Source: Oscillospiraceae bacterium
GTDB taxonomy: Bacteria; Bacillota; Clostridia; Oscillospirales; Oscillospiraceae
Direction of reading: 5' to 3'
Assembly: GCA_017410425.1 (NCBI GenBank)
Contig: JAFQQV010000060.1
Coordinates: 921-64,920, forward strand
Length of the DNA stretch: 64,000 bases
The position numbers and the translations under genes were made by a program. The notes beneath the pieces are model-generated. The model worked only from the letters and a program-made list of their open reading frames with translations, was not told the DNA's origin and searched no databases. Below, in pieces: positions 27,016 through 37,759 of the stretch; within the stretch, counting starts at the first letter, position 1; every line of letters starts with the position of its first letter.

Positions 27016-29337
27016 ATGCGAAATCTCAAATACCCGGATTATCCGGATAACAAGCCGGGCAGGCAGATGCTCCGCCGCTGTGCGGTGCTGTCTGCACTGT
27101 TCGGCATTGCTGCTTTTGCGCTGCTTTTTGCAAGACTGTATAAGCTGCAGATTATTGACCATGAAAAGTATGAAGCTATGGCCATTGAGCAGCAGCTGCG
27201 TTCAACACCAAGTTCAACATCCAGAGGAATAATCTATGACCGGAACATGAATGTGCTGGCTATCAGCGCTTCGGTAGATAATGTATATCTGAGCCCTGCG
27301 GAAATAGAAAACTATGGCGAAGACAGAGAACTAATAGCCCGTGGCTTGTCAGAAATTCTGGATATTGACTATGATGATGTCTATGAAAAGACCGGGCGTC
27401 GCGGCAGCTGGTATGTAACGGTGGCCCGTAAGATAGAAAGTGAAAAGGCGGATCAAGTCCGCGCTTTCAAGGCGGAGCATGGTTTGCGCGGGGTTCGGCT
27501 TGAAACCGACACCAAGCGCTATTATCCCAATTCGGAGCTTGCATGTCATCTTATTGGCTTTGTAGGCACTGATAATTATGGCCTTGAGGGAATTGAGGCC
27601 AGATACGATGAGCTTCTCTCCGGCACAGCCGGCAGCACATTGAGAGCCACCAATGCCTATGGAACTGAGTTACTTTTTACTCAGTATGAGGAATATGTTC
27701 CCGGCCAGGACGGCTGTGATATAATCACCACCCTGGACTCCACGATCCAGTATTATGTGGAAAAGCATCTGAAACAGGCCGTGGAGGATTACGATATTCA
27801 AAACGGAGCCGGCGCCATAGCCATGGATGTAAATACCGGTGAAGTACTGGCCATGGCCTCTCTTGGCGGCTATGACCTGAACAATTTTCTCGCCGTAAGC
27901 GATGAGGCACAAAGCCTTATTGACGCGGCGGAAAGCGATGAGGAAAAGCAGGAGCTGCGCACCCAGGCTCAGACCAGACAGTGGCGCAACAAGGTCTTGT
28001 CAGATACCTATGAGCCGGGCTCAACCTTCAAGATAATTACTCTTGCTATGGCACTGGAGGAAGGTGTCACCAGCCTTAAGGATAGCTTCTACTGCGGTGG
28101 AAATGTGAGCGTGCTGGGGCGCACAAGTCCGATCCGCTGCTGGAAAACCGAAGGCCATGGAAGCCAGAATCTGACACAGGCGGTGCAGCATTCCTGCAAT
28201 GTGGCCTTTGTCAATATAGGCCAGCGTGTGGGCGCAGAACGCTTTTATGAATACTGTGAAGCCTTTGGCTTTCTTAATCTCTCCAGCGATCCTGACGCAA
28301 ATCTCAGCGCCAGAACCGGCATTGATCTCTCCGGTGAGAGCGGCAGCATCTGGTGGAGCAAGAATACCTTCTGCTCGGAGAAAAACCTGTCTCAGCTTGC
28401 CGCGGCATCCTTTGGACAGACCTTTACAATAACCCCGCTGCAGCTTGTCTGCGCTGTAAGCGCCTGTGTAAACGGCGGCCATTTGATGGAGCCATATGTG
28501 GTAAAGCAGGCTGTGGATGAGGATGGGAGCCTTGCATATGAGCGGGAGCCCAAGGTGCTTCGGCAGGTTATCAGTGAGAGCACCAGCCGGACAGTGCGCG
28601 AAACGCTGGAGCAGGTGGTAGGCGACCCCAATGAGGGTACAGGCAGAAATGCCGCTGTTTCAGGCTTTCGCATCGGTGGCAAGACCGGTACCAGTGAAAA
28701 GGTCAGCCTTGAAGCCCAGACCGGGCAAAAGGAATATATCGTTTCCTTTATTGGTTTCGCTCCGGCAGATCATCCTGAAATTGCTCTGTTGGTATTTCTC
28801 GATACCCCAAGCAATGCTTCCGGCATATATGTAAGCGGGGGACAGATGGCAGCTCCGGTAGTTGGGAAAATGATGGCGGATATTCTGCCATACATGGGTG
28901 TTGAGCCTGAGCGGAATGAAGCAGAGACTGAAGCTGTAATGCCCATGACAATGGGTAAGAGCCTTGATCAGGCCAGAAAGATAATTGAGGAATCCGGTCT
29001 TCGCTGCAGAACCATTGGCAATGGCAGCACGGTTACAAATCAGCTGCCTGCAGCAGGCAGCTCTATTGCTGCCAACACTCAGGTAATTCTATATCTGGAC
29101 GCGGAGATTTCTCAGGATATTGAATATATGCCCGAGCTTACGGGGATGAGCTATGAAAAGGCGAGGGAGACTTTGTCTTACTATGGCTTGTATATAAATT
29201 CTCTGAGCACTGTGACGGATGCCGGAAAACAAACCGTAAACAGCCAGAGCCTGCCAGCAGGTGCGGAGCTTGAACACGGAACGATTGTTGAAGTTACTCT
29301 TGTGGATCAGGATGAGTCCATGCTGGGCAAATACTGA
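27016..29337 (+). CDS. Class B penicillin-binding protein (FtsI/SpoVD type) with two C-terminal PASTA domains
   Basis: SxxK (GSTFK), SxN (HSCN) and KTGT motifs, an N-terminal TM segment and dimerisation domain, and two PASTA-like repeats at the C-terminus. Confidence 0.9.
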   Translation: MRNLKYPDYPDNKPGRQMLRRCAVLSALFGIAAFALLFARLYKLQIIDHEKYEAMAIEQQLRSTPSSTSRGIIYDRNMNVLAISASVDNVYLSPAEIENYGEDRELIARGLSEILDIDYDDVYEKTGRRGSWYVTVARKIESEKADQVRAFKAEHGLRGVRLETDTKRYYPNSELACHLIGFVGTDNYGLEGIEARYDELLSGTAGSTLRATNAYGTELLFTQYEEYVPGQDGCDIITTLDSTIQYYVEKHLKQAVEDYDIQNGAGAIAMDVNTGEVLAMASLGGYDLNNFLAVSDEAQSLIDAAESDEEKQELRTQAQTRQWRNKVLSDTYEPGSTFKIITLAMALEEGVTSLKDSFYCGGNVSVLGRTSPIRCWKTEGHGSQNLTQAVQHSCNVAFVNIGQRVGAERFYEYCEAFGFLNLSSDPDANLSARTGIDLSGESGSIWWSKNTFCSEKNLSQLAAASFGQTFTITPLQLVCAVSACVNGGHLMEPYVVKQAVDEDGSLAYEREPKVLRQVISESTSRTVRETLEQVVGDPNEGTGRNAAVSGFRIGGKTGTSEKVSLEAQTGQKEYIVSFIGFAPADHPEIALLVFLDTPSNASGIYVSGGQMAAPVVGKMMADILPYMGVEPERNEAETEAVMPMTMGKSLDQARKIIEESGLRCRTIGNGSTVTNQLPAAGSSIAANTQVILYLDAEISQDIEYMPELTGMSYEKARETLSYYGLYINSLSTVTDAGKQTVNSQSLPAGAELEHGTIVEVTLVDQDESMLGKY

Positions 29338-29378
29338 TACTTGTGATATAATAGAAAAACTACTTCGGAGGTAAGGGT

Positions 29379-30836
29379 ATGAAGCTTAAAGATTTACTGA
29401 AGAATATAGATATAATCTCCTGCAGTGCAGATCTTGAAACCGAAATCAGTGGCATAAGCTATGACTCCCGCAAGACCAAGCCTGGCGATCTTTTTGTCGC
29501 GGTGAAGGGGCTTACTGTGGATGGACACAAATTTATTCCCAAGGCCATGGAACTTGGCGCTGCGGTCGTGCTCTGCCAGGACCTTCCTTCCGGTAGTGTG
29601 CCTTATGTCCAGATTTCTGACTGCCGTCGTGGCCTTGCCTATGCAAGCAGGGAGTTTTACGGCAACCCTGCCGCTGAGATGAAAGTCATCGGCTTTACCG
29701 GTACCAGCGGCAAGACCAGCTCTACATATATTATGAAGCATGTTCTGGAAGCTGCCTGCGATGCCAGGGTTGGCCTTATCGGCACCAACGGCAATATGAT
29801 AGGCGACGAGCATATTCATTCCGAATTTACCACTCCTGAGAGTCTTGAACTTCACGCCCTGTTTCGCCGTATGGCAGATGCAGGCTGCACCCATGTGGTG
29901 ATGGAAGTATCTTCCCACTCTCTGGCTCTGCATCGTGTGGCAGGCATCAACTTTGATGTTGCAGTGTTTACCAATCTCTCCCAGGACCATCTGGACCTGC
30001 ATGGCACTATGGATGAATATGCTGCCGAGAAGAGAAAGATATTCTCTCAGTGTAGCCTCGGCTGCATAAATGCAGATGATGCAAGGGCCGGATTTATGGC
30101 TCAGGGCGCGGCCTGCCCTGTTATGCATTATTCCATTGACAAGAACGATGCCCAGCTTGTTGCCAAAGATATACGCCTGAGCGCTGACGGCGTGCGTTTT
30201 GCAGCGGTGTACGGCGGCGAGATTGCAATCACAAAGCTTGCAATTCCAGGTATGTTCTCAGTCCATAACGCTCTTGGAGTTATGGCAGCAGCGCTTTCTC
30301 TGGGCATAAGCCTCAATGACTGTGCTCAGGCTATTTCCAGCGCAAAGGGCGTCAAGGGACGCATGGAATCCGTTCCCACAGATGGGGATTATTCCATTAT
30401 CATTGACTATTCCCACAAGCCTGATGCGCTTGAGAATGTGCTTGAAACTTTAAGACCTGTCACCAGGGGCAGGCTGATGGTGCTCTTTGGCTGCGGCGGT
30501 GACCGTGACCGCGGAAAGAGACCAATTATGGGCAAGATCGCCGCTGATAATGCTGACCTTGTAATAGTCACCAGTGATAATCCGCGCACCGAGGAGCCGC
30601 TGTCTATCATTGATGAGATCGTGCCCGGTGTGAAGCAGGGCAATGCCGAGTATGTGGTTATCCCCGACAGGATCGAGGCCATCGGCTGGGCTATTGACAA
30701 TGCAGCCTCCGGTGATGTAATATTATTGGCTGGGAAAGGTCACGAAGATTATCAGATAATCGGCCATGAGAAGATTCACATGGATGAGCGTGAGATAGTT
30801 GCTGACTTTCTCAAAAAAAGAAAAACCGGCTGCTGA
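29379..30836 (+). CDS. murE: UDP-N-acetylmuramoyl-L-alanyl-D-glutamate--2,6-diaminopimelate ligase
   Basis: GTSGKTS P-loop and the DNPR meso-DAP specificity motif. Confidence 0.92.
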   Translation: MKLKDLLKNIDIISCSADLETEISGISYDSRKTKPGDLFVAVKGLTVDGHKFIPKAMELGAAVVLCQDLPSGSVPYVQISDCRRGLAYASREFYGNPAAEMKVIGFTGTSGKTSSTYIMKHVLEAACDARVGLIGTNGNMIGDEHIHSEFTTPESLELHALFRRMADAGCTHVVMEVSSHSLALHRVAGINFDVAVFTNLSQDHLDLHGTMDEYAAEKRKIFSQCSLGCINADDARAGFMAQGAACPVMHYSIDKNDAQLVAKDIRLSADGVRFAAVYGGEIAITKLAIPGMFSVHNALGVMAAALSLGISLNDCAQAISSAKGVKGRMESVPTDGDYSIIIDYSHKPDALENVLETLRPVTRGRLMVLFGCGGDRDRGKRPIMGKIAADNADLVIVTSDNPRTEEPLSIIDEIVPGVKQGNAEYVVIPDRIEAIGWAIDNAASGDVILLAGKGHEDYQIIGHEKIHMDEREIVADFLKKRKTGC

Positions 30837-30848
30837 CGCTCCGGTTTT

Positions 30849-31874
30849 ATGATGGAGAGACCTATGACAATAAAGCTGATAACCGCCTTTGTGCTGGCAT
30901 TCCTTTTTGCCACAGCCTTCGGTAAATATTATATTCCCTGGCTCCGTAAGCAGAAAATGGGTCAGCAGACCAAGACCGAGGTGCAGCAGCATCTCAGCAA
31001 GAGCGGCACCCCCGGTATGGGCGGTGTGATGTTCATTTTTGCAGTCACCCTTGTCTGCCTCACCGTGGGCTTTGAGGGTATGCTCAATGGCCGCTTTGAG
31101 CACATATTTGTGCTTCTGTTTGCCTGGGTCTACGGCATTATCGGCTTTCTTGATGACTGGGAGAAGCTCAAGAAAAAGCAGAATACCGGCCTTACCGCAA
31201 AGCAGAAGTTCCTGCTCCAGCTGGCAGCAGCGCTGGTATTCATCCTTGTGCTTCGCCATACCGGCTTTGTAAACACCAGCCTTTATGTGCCTTTCTTCAA
31301 TACCACTATCCACATGCCTGAGTGGCTGTACTTTATCTTTGCAGCCTTTGTAATCGTAGGTACCGTAAACGCCGTAAATATTACCGACGGTATTGACGGT
31401 CTTGCAACCGGAACATCTCTGCCTGTTGTGTTTTTCTTTGTGGTGATGAATATGTTCTGGGGCGACAAGTACAATGAACTGGGTATATTTGCCTCCGGTC
31501 TTATGGGCGGCATGATGGGCTTTCTTGTATATAACTTCAATCCTGCCAAGTGCTTCATGGGTGATACCGGCTCCCTGTTTCTGGGCGGCGCGGTGGCAGC
31601 TCTTGCTTTTGCCTATGATATGCCCCTGATCCTTGTCACTCTGGGATTTATATACATAATCGAGACTCTTTCCGATATTATTCAGATCGGTTATTTCAAA
31701 CTCAGCCACGGTAAACGAATCTTCAAAATGGCTCCTTTCCACCACCACCTTGAGCTTGGCGGTTGGACGGGAAAAAAGTGGAAGGAAAAAGAACTTTTTG
31801 TTCTGTTTACCGGAATATCTCTGGCTATGGCCATCATATCATTTATTGGGGTATACAATCGTTTCCCCATGTAA
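30849..31874 (+). CDS. mraY: Phospho-N-acetylmuramoyl-pentapeptide-transferase
   Basis: NAVNITDGIDGLA and GDTGSLFLGG motifs; multi-TM. Confidence 0.93.
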   Translation: MMERPMTIKLITAFVLAFLFATAFGKYYIPWLRKQKMGQQTKTEVQQHLSKSGTPGMGGVMFIFAVTLVCLTVGFEGMLNGRFEHIFVLLFAWVYGIIGFLDDWEKLKKKQNTGLTAKQKFLLQLAAALVFILVLRHTGFVNTSLYVPFFNTTIHMPEWLYFIFAAFVIVGTVNAVNITDGIDGLATGTSLPVVFFFVVMNMFWGDKYNELGIFASGLMGGMMGFLVYNFNPAKCFMGDTGSLFLGGAVAALAFAYDMPLILVTLGFIYIIETLSDIIQIGYFKLSHGKRIFKMAPFHHHLELGGWTGKKWKEKELFVLFTGISLAMAIISFIGVYNRFPM

Positions 31875-31907
31875 TGATGATTGACTAAAAGTCGGGGAGG
31901 TGGGAGA

Positions 31908-33065
31908 ATGCGTTATGACAGCGCCCGCCTCGCCGACTTTTCTGATGCTTCCGCTGTAAAACAGCGTTCTGTATTTGACGGCCCGTTTTTTTCGGTTTCC
32001 ATGCTGCTTCTGGCAATAGGCGTTATAATGGTGTTTTCATCAAGCTACGCCCGTGCATGGTATGATCCAGGAAATGTGACCGGTGGAAATGCAGCATATT
32101 ACTTTGTGCGGCAGCTTGTTTTTGCCCTCATGGGAATTGCGGCAATGCTTGTGGCCTCCCGCATCCCTATGGAGCTTTACCGCCGCTATGCATTTAGCTT
32201 CCTTGTCTTCACCATTTTGCTCTTGATGCTGGTCCCTGTTATCGGTGTCAAAGCCAATGGCTCAAGGCGCTGGCTGGGTGTAGGCGGACTTACGCTGCAG
32301 CCCTCTGAGCTTGCTAAGCTTGCGGTTATATTATCCTTTTCAGTGATGATATGCCGGGCAAAAGGGAAGATGCGGACTTTCAGGCATGGCATAGTTCCGT
32401 TTGCCGGAATACTGGGGCTGATTGTGGGCCTTTTGATTCTGGAACCGCATTTTTCGGCCTCTATTATTATCCTTGGCCTTGGAGCGGTGATGCTTTTTCT
32501 GGGCGGGGTGAGCCTTGGCTGGTTTGCTGCAGCATTCGGCGTGGCAGGCGGCGGTCTTGCCGTACTGCTTACATTCTTCCCTTACGCATCATCCCGTATC
32601 AATACCTGGCGGGATCCTTTTTCCGACATAAGCGGCCGTGGCTATCAGATAGTTCAGTCACTCTATACAATAGGTTCCGGCGGCCTGAGCGGTCTTGGGC
32701 TTGGCGGCAGCCGGCAGAAGTTTCTCTACCTGCCAGAGGAGCATAACGATTTTATCTTCTCTGTAGTCTGTGAGGAACTGGGCTTTATCGGCGCTGCGCT
32801 TATCCTATGCCTGTTTTCTATGCTGATTCTGCGAGGCTTCTGGATAGCTCTGCACTGTCGGGACAGATTCAGTTTTCTTGTATGCAGCGGAATAAGTTCG
32901 CTGCTTGCCATACAGGTTTTTCTCAATGTGGCGGTGGTCACAAACCTCATGCCCTGTACCGGGATTTCCCTGCCCTTGTTCAGCTATGGCGGCACTGCTT
33001 TGCTTATCCAGCTCTTTGAACTGGGTATAATCCTAAGCGCATCGAGGTCTATACTTGAAAAATAA
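31908..33065 (+). CDS. ftsW: SEDS family protein FtsW/SpoVE
   Basis: SEDS signatures (QPSELAKL, PEEHNDFIF, GISLPLFSYGG) and dcw position. Confidence 0.88.
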   Translation: MRYDSARLADFSDASAVKQRSVFDGPFFSVSMLLLAIGVIMVFSSSYARAWYDPGNVTGGNAAYYFVRQLVFALMGIAAMLVASRIPMELYRRYAFSFLVFTILLLMLVPVIGVKANGSRRWLGVGGLTLQPSELAKLAVILSFSVMICRAKGKMRTFRHGIVPFAGILGLIVGLLILEPHFSASIIILGLGAVMLFLGGVSLGWFAAAFGVAGGGLAVLLTFFPYASSRINTWRDPFSDISGRGYQIVQSLYTIGSGGLSGLGLGGSRQKFLYLPEEHNDFIFSVVCEELGFIGAALILCLFSMLILRGFWIALHCRDRFSFLVCSGISSLLAIQVFLNVAVVTNLMPCTGISLPLFSYGGTALLIQLFELGIILSASRSILEK

Positions 33066-33100
33066 ATCTGCCAGATATAATCCGAAAGGAATGTACATAT

Positions 33101-34219
33101 ATGAAATTTATCTTTACCTGCGGCGGAACTGCCGGACATATCAATCCTGCCATTGCTGTTGCCGGAAGGCTAAAGGAGCTTATGCCAGATACCGAGGTTC
33201 TTTTCATCGGCGCCAACAACAAAATGGAGATGGAACTTGTTCCCCGTGAGGGCTATGAAATAAAGGGCCTGACTGTCAGCAATCTTCGCCGCAGTCTAAG
33301 CCCCAAGGCAATTATCCACAACATTAATTCTGTAAAGAATGTTATCACTTCCCGCATGGAAGCCAAGCGCATCATAAAGCAGTTCAAGCCCGATGCCGTC
33401 ATCGGTACCGGCGGATATGTCTGCTACCCCGTGCTTAAGGCTGCAGCAGACCTGGGTATTCCCACTCTTGTGCATGAGAGCAATGCTGTGCCCGGTCTTA
33501 CCACCAAAATGCTGGCTGACAAGGTTGACCGTGTGCTTGTAGGCTTTGAGGAAAGCCGCCAGCACTATAATCATCCTGACAAGGTTGAGGTCACAGGCAC
33601 TCCTGTGCGCGGTGCCTTTGACCGCTTTACAAAGGCAGAGGCCAAGGCAAAGCTGGGCCTCAAGCCTGATGAAAAGCTTGTTGTCTCTGTCTGGGGCTCT
33701 CTGGGTGCTCAGCACATGAATGATACTATGCAGCAGCTTATCCCCATGCTGGACGGCAAGCAGGGCTTCAGATTCCTTCATGCCGCCGGCAGCAGATACT
33801 ACAAGGGGATCACCGAGGCTCTTGCAGACAAAGCGGACCAGTTTGAGGCCATGGGTGTGGAAGTCCGTGAGTATATTTATGATATGCCCTGTGTTATGGC
33901 AGCGGCCGATCTTATCCTTTGCCGTGCCGGTGCATCCACCATTTCCGAACTCTGCTACATGGCAAAGCCTGTTATAATGGTGCCTTCTCCCAATGTCACC
34001 AACGGCCATCAGGAGAAAAACGCCCGCGTGCTGGAGCGTGCAGGCGGTGCCAAGGTTCTGCTGGAGGGTGAGTTTGACGCAGCGTCCCTGTTGGAGGAGA
34101 TAAAGAGCCTGCTTTGTGATGAGGATAAACTTTCCGCCATGTCTGAGGTTATGGCAGCTTTGGCTGTGCGTGAGGCTACAGACCGAATCTGTGATATTAC
34201 TCTCAGCCTTATAAACTGA
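33101..34219 (+). CDS. murG: Undecaprenyldiphospho-muramoylpentapeptide beta-N-acetylglucosaminyltransferase
   Basis: GGTAGHINPA N-terminal motif and a C-terminal glycosyltransferase-28 region. Confidence 0.92.
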   Translation: MKFIFTCGGTAGHINPAIAVAGRLKELMPDTEVLFIGANNKMEMELVPREGYEIKGLTVSNLRRSLSPKAIIHNINSVKNVITSRMEAKRIIKQFKPDAVIGTGGYVCYPVLKAAADLGIPTLVHESNAVPGLTTKMLADKVDRVLVGFEESRQHYNHPDKVEVTGTPVRGAFDRFTKAEAKAKLGLKPDEKLVVSVWGSLGAQHMNDTMQQLIPMLDGKQGFRFLHAAGSRYYKGITEALADKADQFEAMGVEVREYIYDMPCVMAAADLILCRAGASTISELCYMAKPVIMVPSPNVTNGHQEKNARVLERAGGAKVLLEGEFDAASLLEEIKSLLCDEDKLSAMSEVMAALAVREATDRICDITLSLIN

Positions 34220-34281
34220 AAATAGCAAAAATCAACCCCCCCGCATATGATGTACTGATTTGATCATACGGGGGTTTTTTT

Positions 34282-35586
34282 ATGGATATATGGAAAATAC
34301 GGGGAGGCAGCAGACTGGAAGGCGCTTGCTTTGTGCAGGGCTCAAAAAACGCCTCACTCCCCATCATTGCGGCGTCCCTTATTAGCCCGGCAGAGACTGA
34401 GCTTATGAATGTGCCCCGACTCCGCGATGTGGACTCCGCCCTGCGCATTCTGAGGCATCTTGGCTGCAGCGCCCAACAGCAGGGCAATGATGTGTACATA
34501 AACTCCACGGGCATTTCCGAAAATAAGATACCCCATTCCCTTATGCTTGAGATGCGCTCGTCCGTGATATTCATGGGCGCATTGCTTGCCCGCTGCGGAG
34601 AGGCAAGGCTCAGCCTACCCGGCGGCTGTCAGCTTGGCAAAAGGCCAATAGATATACATATTTCAGCCTTTCGCCAGATGGGGGCGGAGATTGAGGAGGA
34701 CGGCAGCAATATCCGCTGCTCTGCCGCAAGGCTCAGGGGCTGCGAACTTCGTCTGCCTTTTCCCAGCGTTGGCGCTACAGAAAATATCATGCTGGCAGCC
34801 TGCGCTGCAGAGGGAGAGACTGTGATAAAAGGTGCGGCTCGTGAACCGGAGATTTCGGCCCTGGCTGAATATCTTCGCCGCATGGGCTGTGATATAGAAG
34901 GTGAAGGCAGCGATACTATTGTCATTGGCGGCTTCACACCGAAGGGGCAGCTGAGTTACAGGGTAATATCCGACAGGATTGTTGCGGCTACCCTTGCATG
35001 CGCTGCGGCCTGCACCGGCGGTGATGTGGAGCTTCGTGCTGTGGAGCCTGAGCATTTTTCTACAGTTCTCTACTTCCTAAAACAGGCAGGCTGTGATATA
35101 ATATCCGACAAATATACTGTAAGGCTCCGTTCTGACGGGAAACTCAGGGCGGTGGGGGATGTTTGCACCCAACCGTATCCAGGCTTTCCTACGGATGCAC
35201 AGCCGGTACTTATGGCGGCGCTGCTCAAAGCACATGGGCGAACACATATTACCGAAAATATTTTTGAAAACCGCTATCGTCAGGTGGAGCAGCTTTGCCG
35301 CTTGGGTGCTGATATCAGCGTCAATGGCAGGGTGGCAGATATAAATGGCGTAGATATGCTTTATGGCAGCAGCCTTGAGGCCACCGACCTCAGAGGTGGT
35401 GCGGCGATGATAGTTGCCGGGCTTAGCGCTGAGGGTGAAACACTCATCCATGATGAAGGGCACATAAAAAGAGGCTATGAGGATCTGGATCAGGTTCTCT
35501 GCTCTCTGGGCGCTGATGTAAAGCTGGAAAAAATGAAAGGAACTGCAAATGGCTTTCAATACACGTACGAGAAAACACAGAATTGA
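34282..35586 (+). CDS. murA: UDP-N-acetylglucosamine 1-carboxyvinyltransferase (paralogue 2, embedded in the dcw cluster)
   Basis: QGSKNASLPI and the active-site loop PGGCQLGKRPIDIH. This is the second MurA-family gene in the window. Confidence 0.88.
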   Translation: MDIWKIRGGSRLEGACFVQGSKNASLPIIAASLISPAETELMNVPRLRDVDSALRILRHLGCSAQQQGNDVYINSTGISENKIPHSLMLEMRSSVIFMGALLARCGEARLSLPGGCQLGKRPIDIHISAFRQMGAEIEEDGSNIRCSAARLRGCELRLPFPSVGATENIMLAACAAEGETVIKGAAREPEISALAEYLRRMGCDIEGEGSDTIVIGGFTPKGQLSYRVISDRIVAATLACAAACTGGDVELRAVEPEHFSTVLYFLKQAGCDIISDKYTVRLRSDGKLRAVGDVCTQPYPGFPTDAQPVLMAALLKAHGRTHITENIFENRYRQVEQLCRLGADISVNGRVADINGVDMLYGSSLEATDLRGGAAMIVAGLSAEGETLIHDEGHIKRGYEDLDQVLCSLGADVKLEKMKGTANGFQYTYEKTQN

Positions 35587-36331
35587 CAATACAGACCGCT
35601 TTAGTTTGAGAGACTATCTCAACAGCTTCAGCGGCCCGCTTATGTTCTTTGTGGTCATCGTCTCTGTCATCTTTGTGTTGAGTGTTTTTATCCGTGTCTC
35701 CGACATTCAGGTGGAGGGAAACGTTCACTACACTGACGATGAAATCATCCAGGCCATCGATATAGAAGAGGGCGACAACCTGTTCTTCTTTGACAGATTT
35801 GCCGCCCTTAGCCGGGTTTTTGCAAAACTCCCCTATGTCAGGGAGGTTTCTGTGGAAAGAAGTCTGCCAAATAAGGTAATAATAACCGTTGAGGAGAGTC
35901 AGGCCCTGGCCTATATTGTTCTCGGCGGTGAGGAGTGGACCATTGACCAGAGCTGCAAAGTGCTGGGCAAGGCTACAGAGGAAGAGCTGGGAGGTCTTAT
36001 ACCCATCATCGGCGTAAACCCCGGCACACTTATGATAGGCGAGGATCTGACAACTGCAGACGGCGATGTAAAGATTGTTGCATATATTGCAGAGGTTCTC
36101 TATCAGCTGGAGGAGCGCGGCCTTTATACTCAGGTTGGAACCATTGACTTTACTGATCCTAAAAACGTCAGCTTTGATTATGGGGACAAGTTCACAGTAA
36201 TCTTGGGTGACAGCTCCAAGGTTGAGTATAAGTTTGGCATGCTGGTTTCCGTGCTGCAGCAGCTTCTGGTGGGCGATGTAGGCATCATTGATGTAAGCAG
36301 CGCTTCGGTTGCGCGCTTTATGCCGAAATGA
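35549..36331 (+). CDS. ftsQ: Cell division protein FtsQ/DivIB
   Basis: N-terminal TM segment followed by a POTRA-like region (IQVEGNVHYTDDEI..). Located directly upstream of ftsZ. Confidence 0.8.
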   Translation: MAFNTRTRKHRIDNTDRFSLRDYLNSFSGPLMFFVVIVSVIFVLSVFIRVSDIQVEGNVHYTDDEIIQAIDIEEGDNLFFFDRFAALSRVFAKLPYVREVSVERSLPNKVIITVEESQALAYIVLGGEEWTIDQSCKVLGKATEEELGGLIPIIGVNPGTLMIGEDLTTADGDVKIVAYIAEVLYQLEERGLYTQVGTIDFTDPKNVSFDYGDKFTVILGDSSKVEYKFGMLVSVLQQLLVGDVGIIDVSSASVARFMPK

Positions 36332-36479
36332 TATAAGTTACAAAGAAATTACAAAAAGTTTTCACTAAAATGAAAAAACCTATTGACTCTTGCGAAAAAA
36401 TGTAATAAAATACCGACTGTAGAATTATTGTTATTAACTGCATTTTTGGCAAGGAAAATATATGGGGAGGCACAAATAT

Positions 36480-37694
36480 ATGGATTTTAAAGTTGATGGA
36501 CCCGAAAACGTGGTCAATATAAAGGTAATTGGTGTCGGCGGCGCCGGCAACAATGTTGTCAACAGAATGGTTAAGGCAGGAACTCAGGGTGTTGAGTTTA
36601 TTGCCATCAATACTGACAAGCAGGCTCTGGCTGTCTCCAATGCAGACCAGAAGCTTCAGATAGGTGAGAAGATCACCCGCGGTCAGGGCGCAGGCTCCGA
36701 CCCCGATATCGGCAAGCGCTCCGCTGAAGAGAGCCGCAACAATATTGCCAAGGCAATCGAGAATGCTGACATGGCATTCATTACCGCCGGTATGGGTGGC
36801 GGCACCGGCACCGGCGCTGCTCCTGTGGTGGCTGAGATTGCCCGCGACGCAGGTCTGCTGACCGTTGGCGTCGTAACCAAGCCCTTCAAGTTTGAAGGTA
36901 AGCGTCGTATGGATCAGGCTAATGCCGGTATCAAGGAACTGCTCAGCCGTGTGGACTCTCTGCTCATCATCCCCAATGACAGACTGAAGAACGCCACCGA
37001 TCAGAAGGTCACCCTGGCAAACGCCTTTGAAATTGCTGACGATGTTCTGCTCCAGGCAGTTACCAGCATTTCCGGCCTTATCAAGAACACCGGTTTTATT
37101 AACCTTGACTTTGCTGACGTTACCTGCATCATGAAGAACGCTGGCTTTGCTCACATGGGTGTTGGCCATGCTGCCGGTAAGGGCAAGGCTGAAGAAGCTG
37201 CCCGCATGGCAGTTGCAAGCCCCCTGATGGAGACCTCCATCAATGGCGCCCGCGGCGTTCTTATCAACATCACCGGTTCTGAAGACATGGATCTGGACGA
37301 TGTCGAGACTGCAGCAAACCTGGTTCAGGAGGCTGCACACCCCGAAGCCAACATCATCTTCGGTGCATCCTTTGATGACAGCCTTGAGGACGAAATCCGC
37401 GTTACTGTTATTGCTACCGGTTTTGAGGATGCCAGCGTTGCAGCAGCTGCACCTGCCGCTCCCGCTGCCAATCCCTTCACTCCTGTACGTCCCGCAGCAC
37501 CTGCCGCTCCCGCTGTAAGACCCCAGGGTCTGTTCTCCGGCGCTGCTGAGAAGGCTGCAGCTGCAGCTCCCGTACTTCCTGTTGCACCTGCAACTCCTGT
37601 TGTCCCCGTTGCACCCGTAACTGAGACTCCCGCAGCACCTGCAGCAGAGGAAGATCCTTTTGACAGCATCTTTAAGATCTTCAACACCAAGTAA
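36480..37694 (+). CDS. ftsZ: Cell division protein FtsZ
   Basis: [12 protein letters not shown] and [10 protein letters not shown] tubulin signature, a long Ala/Pro-rich linker, and the C-terminal peptide [13 protein letters not shown] 36480 follows GGGGAGG. Confidence 0.95.
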   Translation: MDFKVDGPENVVNIKVIGVGGAGNNVVNRMVKAGTQGVEFIAINTDKQALAVSNADQKLQIGEKITRGQGAGSDPDIGKRSAEESRNNIAKAIENADMAFITAGMGGGTGTGAAPVVAEIARDAGLLTVGVVTKPFKFEGKRRMDQANAGIKELLSRVDSLLIIPNDRLKNATDQKVTLANAFEIADDVLLQAVTSISGLIKNTGFINLDFADVTCIMKNAGFAHMGVGHAAGKGKAEEAARMAVASPLMETSINGARGVLINITGSEDMDLDDVETAANLVQEAAHPEANIIFGASFDDSLEDEIRVTVIATGFEDASVAAAAPAAPAANPFTPVRPAAPAAPAVRPQGLFSGAAEKAAAAAPVLPVAPATPVVPVAPVTETPAAPAAEEDPFDSIFKIFNTK

Positions 37695-37727
37695 TTGAAT
37701 CAAAGGCCTCTGTTAGAGGAATAATAA

Positions 37728-37759
37728 GAACTCCCCGGTATTTCGGGGAGTTCTTTTTT
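37728..37759 (+). terminator. Rho-independent terminator after ftsZ
   Basis: gaactccccg..cggggagttc stem followed by TTTTTT. Confidence 0.8.
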
